This document shows positions 63,455 to 64,000 of a DNA stretch of 64,000 nucleotides, piece by piece. The position numbers were made by a program, and so were the translations under genes. The notes under the pieces were generated by a model that searched no databases, was not told the DNA's origin, and worked only from the letters and a program-made list of their open reading frames with translations. Source of the DNA: Dicyema japonicum (taxonomy: Eukaryota; Animalia; Dicyemida); contig RDEW01000004.1 of the NCBI GenBank assembly GCA_011109175.1, positions 582,030 through 646,029 of the forward strand, in the 5' to 3' direction. Positions within the stretch are counted from its first letter, which is position 1; every line of letters begins with the position of its first letter.

Positions 63455-64000
63455 TTTATTACTTGTCTTCTTTCCTTAGTGTGTTTGTGTTCTTACTACT
63501 AATTTTGCTTACTTGGTAGAAGGATTGTGTTATGCTCAAAGAGGGGTCACTTGATCCACTTACTTGACTGACCGGCATCCAAATGGGTTCACACAATTGC
63601 CTATATGGATGGATCCCTTAGGAGTTTTCCTTCAAACAGAAGTTCTTCAAGAGGCATGAACTCAAATTAGGTTTGTTGGTGAATGCTTGAATGGTAGGTA
63701 ACTTGTGCAGAGATGAAAGTTTTCATCATTCTGCGAGATTCCACGACCCAACAGGAATAATATTTATTCAGCCAACGTGAAGCTGTACAATTTATTTCTT
63801 CACTGTTTTGAATAACCCAGGATATACAAGATTTCCATGGTTGCATCCTTTTCAAGTATCACTTCCATCCATATTAGCCGTTGATGGAGTAGGGAGAAGG
63901 ATCCTTTTGGATGCCACCAAGGCACTGGACGTCTTCTGAGTTTGATGGATCTCATAAAGGCAAGTAGAAGGTAATCCTTCGCTGAACCCTACCATTGATG

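Noticed and set aside
1-64000. Alternative nuclear genetic code
   Set aside because: In-frame stops in host genes disappear once micro-introns are removed; the standard code fits LYRM4, NT5C2 and the proteases.

Overview
AT-rich eukaryotic, apparently metazoan DNA with compact host genes broken by very short (20-27 nt) GT-AG introns. This fits a dicyemid-type mesozoan parasite, which is an inference and not a database result. Host genes recognised after manual splicing: RanBP9/10-like, ATP synthase subunit d, FHAD1-like, LYRM4/ISD11, a divergent Rab-like protein, three paralogous mini-reprolysin metalloproteases, UPF3, NT5C2 and RNPS1. Much of the rest is nested transposon debris: CRE-like and R4/Dong-like RLE retroposons, RTE and I/Jockey-like LINEs, a hairpin-headed SINE with clear TSDs, hAT fragments, three intron-containing Ginger-like integrase transposons, and an IS630/Tc1 element whose TIRs are tandem 21-bp arrays. 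There is also an interstitial degenerate TTAGGG tract and a segmental duplication. Several frameshifts in conserved genes fall in homopolymers, so the assembly probably carries indel errors. All translations and alignments were done by eye, family assignments come from remembered motifs, and boundaries of TE remnants are approximate.
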